Virus record (IMG/VR): IMGVR_UViG_3300029245_000035
Coordinates: 1 to 35,085 of that record
Reading direction: 5' to 3' (one strand)
DNA from: a virus
DNA: 35,085 nucleotides
The translations under genes and the position numbers were made by a program. Position 1 is the stretch's first letter, and each line of letters starts with the position of its first letter. Shown here in pieces: positions 16,192 to 22,192 of the stretch. The notes under the pieces were generated by a model. The model was not told the origin of the DNA. It was given only the letters and a program-made list of their open reading frames with translations, and made no database searches.

Positions 16192-16436
16192 TCCTTCTCG
16201 CCGCGTGCGCGGTCGATCGCGCCCTGATCGACGCAGACGCTGCCGTATGAGATCTCTCTCTGCAGTTCCGCGCCCTTCATGACCGCCATCGCCAGCAACT
16301 CGCGCGGGATGCCGCACCGCTCGCTAATGGAGTTTGCAAGGATGCCAAACTGGATAATAATGGTCGGGGATCTCCCCTGCACGGTGACGACCGAGCCGTG
16401 GGGCGCGGACTTAATGCTGATCTCAAACTTGTCCAT
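16188..16436 (-). CDS. Hypothetical early protein (82 aa)
   Basis: ATG 16436 (MDKFEISIK) follows GAGAGGAGCGGGG. Confidence 0.55.
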   Translation of the reverse strand: MDKFEISIKSAPHGSVVTVQGRSPTIIIQFGILANSISERCGIPRELLAMAVMKGAELQREISYGSVCVDQGAIDRARGEKD

Positions 16437-16632
16437 GTTCCCCGCTCCTCTCGTACGATGTATGCTGCGCGGCAATGATCTGATTCAGCGCGGCGCTGAG
16501 CTCGCGGAGCCGCTGGACCTTTGCGTGGTCCGTCATCTCCTGTGCGCTGACGACGCTCTGGACCATCCCGGCAAACGCCGGATAAAGCCCGCCGTAATCG
16601 GCTGCATCCCGCAGAAACTCAAACTCTTTCAT
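16423..16632 (-). CDS. Hypothetical early protein (69 aa), first gene of the early operon
   Basis: ATG 16632 follows GAAAGGA. Lies downstream of the TTGACA/TATGAT promoter. Confidence 0.55.
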   Translation of the reverse strand: MKEFEFLRDAADYGGLYPAFAGMVQSVVSAQEMTDHAKVQRLRELSAALNQIIAAQHTSYERSGEHGQV

Positions 16633-16653
16633 GTTTCTTATCCTTTCGCTCGG

Positions 16654-16670
16654 TTAAAGTCTCGCTTTAA
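16654..16670. promoter_or_regulatory. Operator-like palindrome TTAAAG-N5-CTTTAA (O1)
   Basis: Read directly. Lies between the early promoter -10 and the first early gene. Confidence 0.6.
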
Positions 16671-16682
16671 CCTTGTACGCCT

Positions 16683-16711
16683 ATCATAAATCGCCTTTTA
16701 ACGATTGTCAA
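16683..16711 (-). promoter_or_regulatory. Early (lytic) promoter
   Basis: On the minus strand: TTGACA (16711-16706), a 17-nt spacer, then TATGAT (16688-16683). Confidence 0.65.
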
Positions 16712-16726
16712 TAGGAAAATCGTTAA
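16698..16726. promoter_or_regulatory. Inverted repeat TTAACGATT-N11-AATCGTTAA spanning both -35 boxes
   Basis: Read directly. A further AATCGTTAA half-site lies at 17379-17387. Confidence 0.55.
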
Positions 16727-16733
16727 TTATAGA
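16705..16733 (+). promoter_or_regulatory. Repressor-gene promoter, back-to-back with the early promoter
   Basis: TTGTCA (16705-16710), a 17-nt spacer, then TATAGA (16728-16733). Its -35 overlaps the -35 of the minus-strand promoter. Confidence 0.55.
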
Positions 16734-16775
16734 TATTTGTCGCTTATTAACAACTCCAAGCGAGGATTTAAAGCA

Positions 16776-17102
16776 TTGGATACATCTCTGTTTGTTCAAA
16801 ATGTTAAAAAGTATTGCGAGCTAAAGGGCGTTGCGCCAACTATTGCTTGCAAAGAGAGTGGCGCAGGCAAGGACTTGCTTCCCAATGTGAAAAAGGGGCA
16901 AACTCCGTCCGTCGCCAAGGTGCAGCTGCTCGCGCAGTATCTCGGCGTCACCACCTCCGACCTGCTCGGCGAGGCGCAGAAAAGCAGCCCGCCCTCGGAG
17001 GAGGACAGGCTGCTGGCCGGGTATGACGCGCTCAGCGCGCGGAATCGGGAAAAGCTGGAGGAATATCTGGACCTGCTGTTATCGTCTCAAGATAGGCCAT
17101 GA
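16776..17102 (+). CDS. CI-like repressor (XRE HTH)
   Basis: FVQNVKKYCELKGVAPTIACKESGAGKDLLPNVKKGQTPSVAKVQLLAQYLGVTTSDLLGE. Divergent from the early operon. I prefer the TTG at 16776 (GAGGA 9 nt upstream). The ORF-track TTG at 16737 sits only 4 nt after the -10. Confidence 0.72.
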   Translation: MDTSLFVQNVKKYCELKGVAPTIACKESGAGKDLLPNVKKGQTPSVAKVQLLAQYLGVTTSDLLGEAQKSSPPSEEDRLLAGYDALSARNREKLEEYLDLLLSSQDRP

Positions 17103-17199
17103 GACGCCCACGGTTTTCCGGCGTAAGCCGCCGGTATTTCTCGATGAGGCGTTGGTGTAACTCGGTCAAGTCCTGCGGCGCGCGGTGCTGATCTGACAT
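17032..17199 (-). CDS. Possible 55-aa protein, convergent with and overlapping the repressor 3' end
   Basis: My own translation is MSDQHRAPQDLTELHQRLIEKYRRLTPENRGRLMAYLETITAGPDIPPAFPDSAR. The ATG follows AAAGAGAGG. It falls below the ORF-track length cut-off and overlaps the repressor gene by 71 nt. Confidence 0.3.
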   Translation of the reverse strand: MSDQHRAPQDLTELHQRLIEKYRRLTPENRGRLMAYLETITAGPDIPPAFPDSAR

Positions 17200-17421
17200 G
17201 TCTATGTACCTCTCTTTGCTCGTATTTTAGACCGGCCAGATATTCCATTTTAGAGCGGCCCCGCCGCCCCTGCAACTGACGACGGGGCCTGCGCAGGCGA
17301 GCTGACACCTCCGGAGCACCTGCGTGTACTTTTACCATAGCACCTTTTTCGGCAAGATGCTGTCGAAAAAGGGAGAGAAATCGTTAAATTCCCGCTAACC
17401 TGCGGGAAAATATAAAAAATT

Positions 17422-17438
17422 GTGCCCGATTCGGGCAC
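17422..17438. repeat. 17-bp palindrome GTGCCCGATTCGGGCAC (perfect copy, intergenic)
   Basis: Read directly. Lies between a TATAAA box (17411-17416) and the GGGAGGAA SD sequence of the Ltp-like gene. Confidence 0.95.
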
Positions 17439-17454
17439 GAGGGAGGAAGCGCAA

Positions 17455-18087
17455 ATGAAAAAGAGCAATTTTAGAAGTTTCCTGAGCGGAGTTGTCGTTA
17501 CCCTTTTGATCGTGTGCCTTTTTGGCACGGCTATGGCAAAGTCCGGTTCCCAGTCCGGCACCCTCACATTCCGCGACATTAAGGTCACTCTTGACGGCTC
17601 CCAAGTCTCGCTGACAGATGCGACCGGCGCTGCGGTTGAGCCGTTTATCATTGACGGCACGACCTATCTTCCTGTCCGTGCGGTTGCGACTGCGCTCGGC
17701 CTGACGGTTGGTTGGGACAATGCCACCAACACCGTCGTGCTGACTTCTCCGGGCAAAACGCCCACGCAGCCCACAACGCCGGCACAGACCGGCGAGCCGA
17801 CAATGGGGCAGAAAAACGCTTTGGCAAAGGCCAAGTCTTACTTAAACTACTCGGCATTTTCTTACAAGGGCTTGATCAAGCAACTCGAATATGAAAAGTT
17901 CTCGACTGCGGATGCCACTTATGCCGTGGACAACTGCGGTGCAGACTGGTTTGAGCAAGCTGCGAAGAAAGCCAAGTCCTATCTTAGTTTCACATCGTTC
18001 TCCCGCGATGGCTTGATCGAACAGCTCGAGTACGACGGCTTCACGCATGAGCAGGCCGTTTACGGCGTTGAGCAGAATGGATATTAA
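17455..18087 (+). CDS. ltp: Secreted/membrane-anchored protein with a copper-amine-oxidase-N-like domain and two Ltp-type repeats (superinfection-exclusion candidate)
   Basis: N-terminal hydrophobic segment FLSGVVVTLLIVCLFGTAMA. Then IIDGTTYLPVRAVATALGLTVGWD. Two repeats: QKNALAKAKSYLNYSAFSYKGLIKQLEYEKFSTADATYAVDNCGADW and EQAAKKAKSYLSFTSFSRDGLIEQLEYDGFTHEQAVYGVEQ. Sits between the repressor and the integrase. Confidence 0.75.
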   Translation: MKKSNFRSFLSGVVVTLLIVCLFGTAMAKSGSQSGTLTFRDIKVTLDGSQVSLTDATGAAVEPFIIDGTTYLPVRAVATALGLTVGWDNATNTVVLTSPGKTPTQPTTPAQTGEPTMGQKNALAKAKSYLNYSAFSYKGLIKQLEYEKFSTADATYAVDNCGADWFEQAAKKAKSYLSFTSFSRDGLIEQLEYDGFTHEQAVYGVEQNGY

Positions 18088-18098
18088 GTGACGCAAAA

Positions 18099-18124
18099 GG
18101 CCGCCGCCCGGCATGGCGGCGGCC
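18099..18124. terminator. Bidirectional hairpin terminator
   Basis: GGCCGCCGCC-cggcat-GGCGGCGGCC. Followed by TTTTGCG on the minus strand and a weaker GTTCCATT on the plus strand. Confidence 0.55.
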
Positions 18125-18137
18125 GTTCCATTAAAAA

Positions 18138-18154
18138 GTAAAGCGCGACTTTAA
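18138..18154. promoter_or_regulatory. Operator-like site GTAAAG-N5-CTTTAA (O3, one mismatch)
   Basis: aGTAAAGcgcgaCTTTAAtc closely resembles O2, agTTAAAGcgtgcCTTTAAtc. Lies 8 nt upstream of the -35 at 18162. Confidence 0.45.
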
Positions 18155-18161
18155 TCTATGC

Positions 18162-18190
18162 TTGACAATTTCACATCCGGCGGCTATACT
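18162..18190 (+). promoter_or_regulatory. Consensus-like promoter for a short plus-strand RNA
   Basis: TTGACA (18162-18167), a 17-nt spacer, then TATACT (18185-18190). Confidence 0.6.
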
Positions 18191-18196
18191 GAAAGT

Positions 18197-18290
18197 ACAA
18201 ACGAAGGGCGCTGCCGGAACGGTCAGCCCCCTAAGAGTTCTTTGAAGTGATCGCCGTACTTGTTAGGGTGCCGGCGGTCACTTCTTTTTA
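18197..18290 (+). ncRNA. Candidate ~95-nt antisense sRNA (type I antitoxin-like)
   Basis: Bounded by the promoter at 18162-18190 and an intrinsic terminator at 18244-18290 (GAAGTGATCGCCG...CGGCGGTCACTTC + TTTTTA). No ORF. Complementary to the toxin stop codon, last codons and 3' UTR. Confidence 0.4.
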
Positions 18291-18364
18291 TGCGCCTGGA
18301 TAAACAGGCTGCAGATACCAACGATGAGAATACAAAACTGGAACAGATCCGAGTATGTAACCAT
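18278..18364 (-). CDS. 28-aa holin-like toxin family peptide (type I toxin candidate)
   Basis: MVTYSDLFQFCILIVGICSLFIQAHKKK: a single TM helix plus a Lys tail, and an M-x-T-Y-x-x-L start typical of the Hol-Tox peptides of Firmicutes. The ATG follows AAAGGGGGG. Confidence 0.55.
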   Translation of the reverse strand: MVTYSDLFQFCILIVGICSLFIQAHKKK

Positions 18365-18453
18365 TGGGCAGCCCCCCTTTCGTGAGATCAGAGGGCAAAA
18401 GAAGCTGCCCTCTGTCGAGGGCTGACCGCTGCTATTTCGGCAGCGCCACGGAC

Positions 18454-18482
18454 AGCATAGCAAAGCCGCGTCGAAAAAGCAA
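18454..18482 (-). promoter_or_regulatory. Promoter for the toxin mRNA
   Basis: On the minus strand: TTGCTT (18482-18477), a 17-nt spacer, then TATGCT (18459-18454). The ~80-nt leader contains hairpins (CGCTGC..GCAGCG, GCCCTC..GAGGGC). Confidence 0.45.
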
Positions 18483-18511
18483 GAATATTTTTCGCGAAGG
18501 GAGGCGGCGCG

Positions 18512-19648
18512 ATGAACTGCAAGGCCTGCGGCAGAGAGATCCCCGAAAACTCGATCTATTGCAACTGGTGCGGAGTCAGGCAGCTGCGCGAGCGCCGCAG
18601 CAGGGAAGAGGTCAAGGTGCCGACGCCCAAGCAGCTACCATCCGGCAGCTGGACGGTCTACCTCCGCGCAGAGGGCCAGAGCGTCACTGAGCCGACGCGC
18701 GAGCTGTGCCTCGCCCGCGCCCGCGCCGTCCGCGCGGGGTTCCTCGAGGCGAGGAAAGCGGCCGAGGCCGCGGGTCTGACGCTGGAGCAGGCGATCGACC
18801 ATTTTGTTGACGTCAACAAAATCGCGCTCTCGCCCTCCACCATCCGCGGCTATGAGGCGGTCAAGCTCCACCGATTCCCGCACAAAATGCAGCAGCCGAT
18901 CACCGATCTGACCGGATGGCAGGCGGCGGTCGACGCCGAGGCTCGGACGCTCGCGCCAAAGACTGTGCGCAATGCGTGGGGCCTTGTGGCGGAGGTCATG
19001 CGTGAGAACGACATTACGCCGCCGCGCGTCCGCCTGCCCCAGAAAAACGCACACACCGAGCTGCCGTGGCTGACCTACGACCAGATATTAGAGTTTGTCG
19101 ATGCCGTCAAGGGCTCTCAGTTTGAGACGGGCGCATTGCTCGCGCTGCACAGCCTGCGCCGGTCGGAAATATTCGGCTTGACGTGGGACCGCATCGACCT
19201 CAAACAGAAGACGATTACCGTCTCCGGCTCGCGCGTGATGAACAGCTCAAATCAGTACGTTTACAAGAAAACCAATAAAAATGTGAGCTCACAGCGCACG
19301 ATCCGCATTATGATTCCTGCGCTGTATGCGCGGCTGAAAGAGCTGCACGACGAGGGCAAGCCGATTTTGGCCTGCACAGAAAACTCGCTGCGAGGCGGCA
19401 TCAATACGATCTGCCGGAAAGCCGGACTTCCGGAATGCGGTGTGCATGGTCTGCGCCGCTCGTTCGCCTCGCTCGGGTTTCATGTGGGATTGACTGAGCT
19501 TGAGGTGCAGGAGATCGGCGGCTGGAATGACCACAACACGATCCACAAGTTCTACCTGCGCCTCGCGCAGGCGGACCGACTGCATGCCGAGAATAAGATG
19601 AGCGAGTTCTATCGCACCGGCAAACAGGGCAGGAGAGAGGAAAAATAG
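18512..19648 (+). CDS. int: Tyrosine integrase with N-terminal zinc ribbon
   Basis: CKACG...CNWCG. Catalytic blocks LALHSLRRSEIFGLTWDRIDL, HGLRRSFASL and HNTIHKFYLRL. GGGAGG SD sequence. Confidence 0.92.
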   Translation: MNCKACGREIPENSIYCNWCGVRQLRERRSREEVKVPTPKQLPSGSWTVYLRAEGQSVTEPTRELCLARARAVRAGFLEARKAAEAAGLTLEQAIDHFVDVNKIALSPSTIRGYEAVKLHRFPHKMQQPITDLTGWQAAVDAEARTLAPKTVRNAWGLVAEVMRENDITPPRVRLPQKNAHTELPWLTYDQILEFVDAVKGSQFETGALLALHSLRRSEIFGLTWDRIDLKQKTITVSGSRVMNSSNQYVYKKTNKNVSSQRTIRIMIPALYARLKELHDEGKPILACTENSLRGGINTICRKAGLPECGVHGLRRSFASLGFHVGLTELEVQEIGGWNDHNTIHKFYLRLAQADRLHAENKMSEFYRTGKQGRREEK

Positions 19649-19653
19649 GAGTA

Positions 19654-19675
19654 ATTTTACAGACGGATTTGCAGA
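19654..19675. repeat. 22-bp direct repeat ATTTTACAGACGGATTTGCAGA, copy 1 (att arm site candidate)
   Basis: Identical to 19883-19904. The two copies flank the tRNA-like core. Confidence 0.85.
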
Positions 19676-19716
19676 TGCATAAAAAATACCCTTATAAATC
19701 AAGCACTTTAACATCT

Positions 19717-19749
19717 TTGCCGTGGGTTCAAATCCCGCCACTCGGACCA
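19717..19749 (+). other. tRNA 3'-end fragment (T-arm, acceptor 3' strand, CCA): candidate attP core
   Basis: GTGGG-TTCAAAT-CCCGC T-arm, then CACTCGG-A-CCA. No matching D-arm, anticodon arm or 5' acceptor strand lies upstream (that sequence is AT-rich). Confidence 0.6.
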
Positions 19750-19752
19750 AAC

Positions 19753-19799
19753 AAAGGAAATCCCGCAAACCGTTGAGTTTGCGGGATTTCCTTTATTTT
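19753..19799 (+). terminator. Perfect 18-bp-stem hairpin plus T-tract directly after the tRNA fragment
   Basis: AAAGGAAATCCCGCAAAC-cgttga-GTTTGCGGGATTTCCTTT-ATTTT. Confidence 0.75.
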
Positions 19800-19882
19800 C
19801 AAGGCTTGCGCGCGTTTTTGCGTCTGCACAAATTTGCGCAATATGCGCGTTTCTGTGCGCTTTGCGTCAGATTTAAGACGCC

Positions 19883-19904
19883 ATTTTACAGACGGATTTG
19901 CAGA
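19883..19904. repeat. 22-bp direct repeat, copy 2
   Basis: Identical to 19654-19675. Confidence 0.85.
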
Positions 19905-19909
19905 CGCGG

Positions 19910-20404
19910 TCAGTCCTTGCCCTTGACGATGCCGCAGTAATAAGCCGACATCTTGGGCTTCGGGCCGGGGCCGTCCTCGTCGAGCAGGAAGGCGCGGGCG
20001 AGCTCCGCAAAGAACTCCGGCGTGGCGACGCCAAAGTGAGAGGCGACGCCGTAGTAGTCGGAGTACATCATGTTGACGGCGATCCACCAGCACCAGGGCG
20101 AGACCTCGTCGCGGCTCACGCCGAGGCTCTCGGCGAGCGAGGTGGTCTGCTCCATGCTCCAGTGCGCGCCGGTGCTGCCGTCCGTGTTGCGCATGTGCTG
20201 CGCCCACTTCTCGGCGTCCGCCTGGGTAAAGTCGCCGCAGCCGCACAGGCTCGGCTCCACCTCGTCGAGCAGCATCCAGCCCTCGAGCATGGCGCGGATC
20301 GCGCCGGAGGAGCGCTCGCTGGCGGGCATAGCCATGTACTCAACAAGCGCGCCCTTGATCTTGTCTTTATAGGCTTTAACGTGATCTTTGGTCAGCATCT
20401 CCAT
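19910..20404 (-). CDS. Hypothetical protein (164 aa), last gene of the accessory cassette
   Basis: ATG 20404 follows GAGGTG. The blocks ...NTDGSTGAHWSMEQT... and ...WWIAVNMMYSDYY... recall a recurrent Firmicutes-phage protein of unknown function (from memory only). Confidence 0.6.
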   Translation of the reverse strand: MEMLTKDHVKAYKDKIKGALVEYMAMPASERSSGAIRAMLEGWMLLDEVEPSLCGCGDFTQADAEKWAQHMRNTDGSTGAHWSMEQTTSLAESLGVSRDEVSPWCWWIAVNMMYSDYYGVASHFGVATPEFFAELARAFLLDEDGPGPKPKMSAYYCGIVKGKD

Positions 20405-20412
20405 GCTGCACC

Positions 20413-20811
20413 TCACAGTTTCTCGACCGTGACCGCGAGGTTGTTGACGACCGACTCCACGCCGCCGAGGATCAGCGACAGGAGCGAGCTCTCGCAGCCG
20501 CAGGCGTTGCGCACGATGGCCGTGATGTCAAGGTTGGCGATGCCGCCCGCCGCGACGGTCTGAGACGCAGTCGCGCCGATGATGGCCACGCCGTCCTTCT
20601 GCGCGGTCAGGCTGACTGTGCCGGCCGCTGTGGGAGCGAGCGTCGCGGAGATGTTGACGAGGTAGTAGCCCTGCCCGCAGAGCGTGATAGCGTTGCCATC
20701 CTGACGGATGTTGCAGCCGTAGCGGCGCGTGGTGGTCCCAAACGGCACGATGCCGCCGACCGCGACGGTCGGTGCGCTGACGTTGGTGGTATAGATCGCA
20801 GACTTACTCAT
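20413..20811 (-). CDS. BclA C-terminal-domain-like (TNF/C1q-like jelly-roll) protein without collagen repeats
   Basis: Pattern ...GYYLVNISATLAPTAAGTVSLTAQKDGVAI...ITAIVRNACGC...LAVTVEKL resembles exosporium BclA-CTD-type proteins. Assigned from memory of family features, not from a search. Confidence 0.5.
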   Translation of the reverse strand: MSKSAIYTTNVSAPTVAVGGIVPFGTTTRRYGCNIRQDGNAITLCGQGYYLVNISATLAPTAAGTVSLTAQKDGVAIIGATASQTVAAGGIANLDITAIVRNACGCESSLLSLILGGVESVVNNLAVTVEKL

Positions 20812-20918
20812 ATTGATTCGATCCTTTCATAGAATTTTGAAAGGCGGAGCAGCTGTTGCCGCCCCGCCTTGCCTCGCCAAATAGGGCGTTACCATATTTC
20901 CCTTGCGACGAAAATGGT

Positions 20919-21536
20919 TTAGATGTTGCCGTTGTTGCAGCCGCAGCCACAGCCGACTGCGGCGAACTGCGGCACGATGCCGTAGCCGTAGGGCGTGGTG
21001 CGGGGGATGCCGCACAGCGCTGCCTGCAGCTGGAGCTGGTTGATCTGGTTCTGCATGTCCGCCATGCGGTTGCCCGCGATGGCGTCAAGGATCTTCTGCG
21101 TCTGCGCGGTGGTGTTGGCGTTGATGCTCGCGGTGTTGAGCGCGCCATTGTAGTTGACGCTGTCGATGCCGCGGAGGATGTTGCAGCAGCACTCCTGCTG
21201 ACGCGCAAAGCCCTCGGCCGTGGCAGCCTGCAGATCGCGCAGCTCGCCGAGGATGTTGTAATTGCCGTCCTTGACCGCGGCCTGGTTGTCATAGGCAGCC
21301 TGACGCACGGCAGCGACGGTCTCGTTGTTCTGGCGCTCGAGCGCCGCGAAGTCGGTGGCGCGCTGAACGTCGCCGACCGTGGCGTTGCGGTCGCCGGTAC
21401 CGCGGTTGCCCCAGTTGCCAAAGCCGCCACCCATCAGGGCGAGGATGGCAAAGAGCCAAAGGCCCTCATTGCCGAAGCCTCCGAAGCCGCCGCCCTGAAC
21501 AGCGGCGATGTCGGCAGGGGAAAGACCTTCCGTCAT
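20919..21536 (-). CDS. Gly-rich N-terminal membrane segment / coiled-coil / Cys-rich C-terminus protein
   Basis: GGGFGGFGNEGLWLFAILALMGGGFGNWGN, a central Q/A/N-rich helix with a CCC triplet, and a C-terminal VGCGCGCNNGNI. Confidence 0.6.
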   Translation of the reverse strand: MTEGLSPADIAAVQGGGFGGFGNEGLWLFAILALMGGGFGNWGNRGTGDRNATVGDVQRATDFAALERQNNETVAAVRQAAYDNQAAVKDGNYNILGELRDLQAATAEGFARQQECCCNILRGIDSVNYNGALNTASINANTTAQTQKILDAIAGNRMADMQNQINQLQLQAALCGIPRTTPYGYGIVPQFAAVGCGCGCNNGNI

Positions 21537-21588
21537 TGTTGATTACCTCCGAAAAATATATTTCCGAACGGTGTGCACCCCGTCTGGA

Positions 21589-21873
21589 TCACTGGAACTG
21601 CGCGAGGATCGTCTGCGGGTTGACGCCCTGCTGCTGGCAGAGCGCGTAGAACGCGCCGCGCATATCGGTGCCGCCCTGCTGCGCCTGCCGGAGCTGCGCG
21701 AGTATTGGATTGGACTGTGCCATCTGCTCCAGTGCGGCGATGGGATTGCGCGCGGCCTGATAGGCTTTGTAGAGACCAACGGCCCCGCTGATGTCAGGAC
21801 AGCTCGGCGCTGCTGCTGTCGGTGCGGCGCTTGCCTGCGGGTTTAGCAGGCTCAGCATCGGGTTGGTGGGCAC
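21589..21873 (-). CDS. Hypothetical Q/A-rich protein (94 aa)
   Basis: GTG 21873 follows TTGGAGGAGATGTTAA. Overlaps the upstream gene by 80 nt. Confidence 0.45.
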   Translation of the reverse strand: MPTNPMLSLLNPQASAAPTAAAPSCPDISGAVGLYKAYQAARNPIAALEQMAQSNPILAQLRQAQQGGTDMRGAFYALCQQQGVNPQTILAQFQ

Positions 21874-22192
21874 TTAACATCTCCTCCAATCTGGTCAGTC
21901 TCGCGCTGAGGTCGTCCACGTTCACCGCGGGGGGCTCGGCGTGCTGGGCAATGTCAAAGGGCGTGACGGTGAGGTAGCCGGCTCCGTCGGTCCGGCAGAG
22001 CCAGACGAGGGGCGCGGTGTCGTCGAGGGCGAGCACGGAGCTGTTGGGAGCCATTTGCAGGGCCTCTGCGCCGCGCCTGCCGGTCACATGGATAATTTCA
22101 TACCTCGGGGCCGCAGAAGCGCGCAGGGCGGGCGCTGTGGGCGCGGGATAGGGGTAATAGGGCTGGTAAGGATTGCCTGCGGGATAATTCAT
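21794..22192 (-). CDS. Hypothetical protein with Pro/Tyr-rich N-terminus (132 aa), first gene of the cassette
   Basis: ATG 22192 (MNYPAGNPYQPYYPYP) follows AAGGAGGTG. Confidence 0.55.
   Translation of the reverse strand: MNYPAGNPYQPYYPYPAPTAPALRASAAPRYEIIHVTGRRGAEALQMAPNSSVLALDDTAPLVWLCRTDGAGYLTVTPFDIAQHAEPPAVNVDDLSARLTRLEEMLSAHQPDAEPAKPAGKRRTDSSSAELS

Noticed and set aside
16737-16775. ORF-track start (TTG 16737) for the repressor
   Set aside because: It lies 4 nt after the predicted -10 and has no SD sequence. TTG 16776 with GAGGA upstream is more plausible. The start remains uncertain.
17087-17660. Minus-strand ORFs 17087-17338 and 17250-17660
   Set aside because: They have a basic, low-complexity composition and span promoter, hairpin and palindrome elements as well as the start of the Ltp-like gene. 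No SD sequence.
19680-19749. A complete tRNA gene
   Set aside because: Only the T-arm, the 3' acceptor strand and CCA are present. Upstream sequence is AT-rich, with no D-arm, anticodon arm or complementary 5' acceptor strand.
19289-19768. 159-aa minus-strand ORF and 19722-19940 plus-strand ORF over the att region
   Set aside because: They read through the tRNA-like fragment, its terminator and the integrase 3' end. This is an artefact.
20804-21542. Alternative-frame ORFs (20804-21430, 20856-21542) over the Gly/Cys-rich gene
   Set aside because: Their composition is Arg/Ser/Ala/Thr-rich junk. The 20919-21536 frame gives a coherent TM plus coiled-coil protein with an ATG start at 21536.
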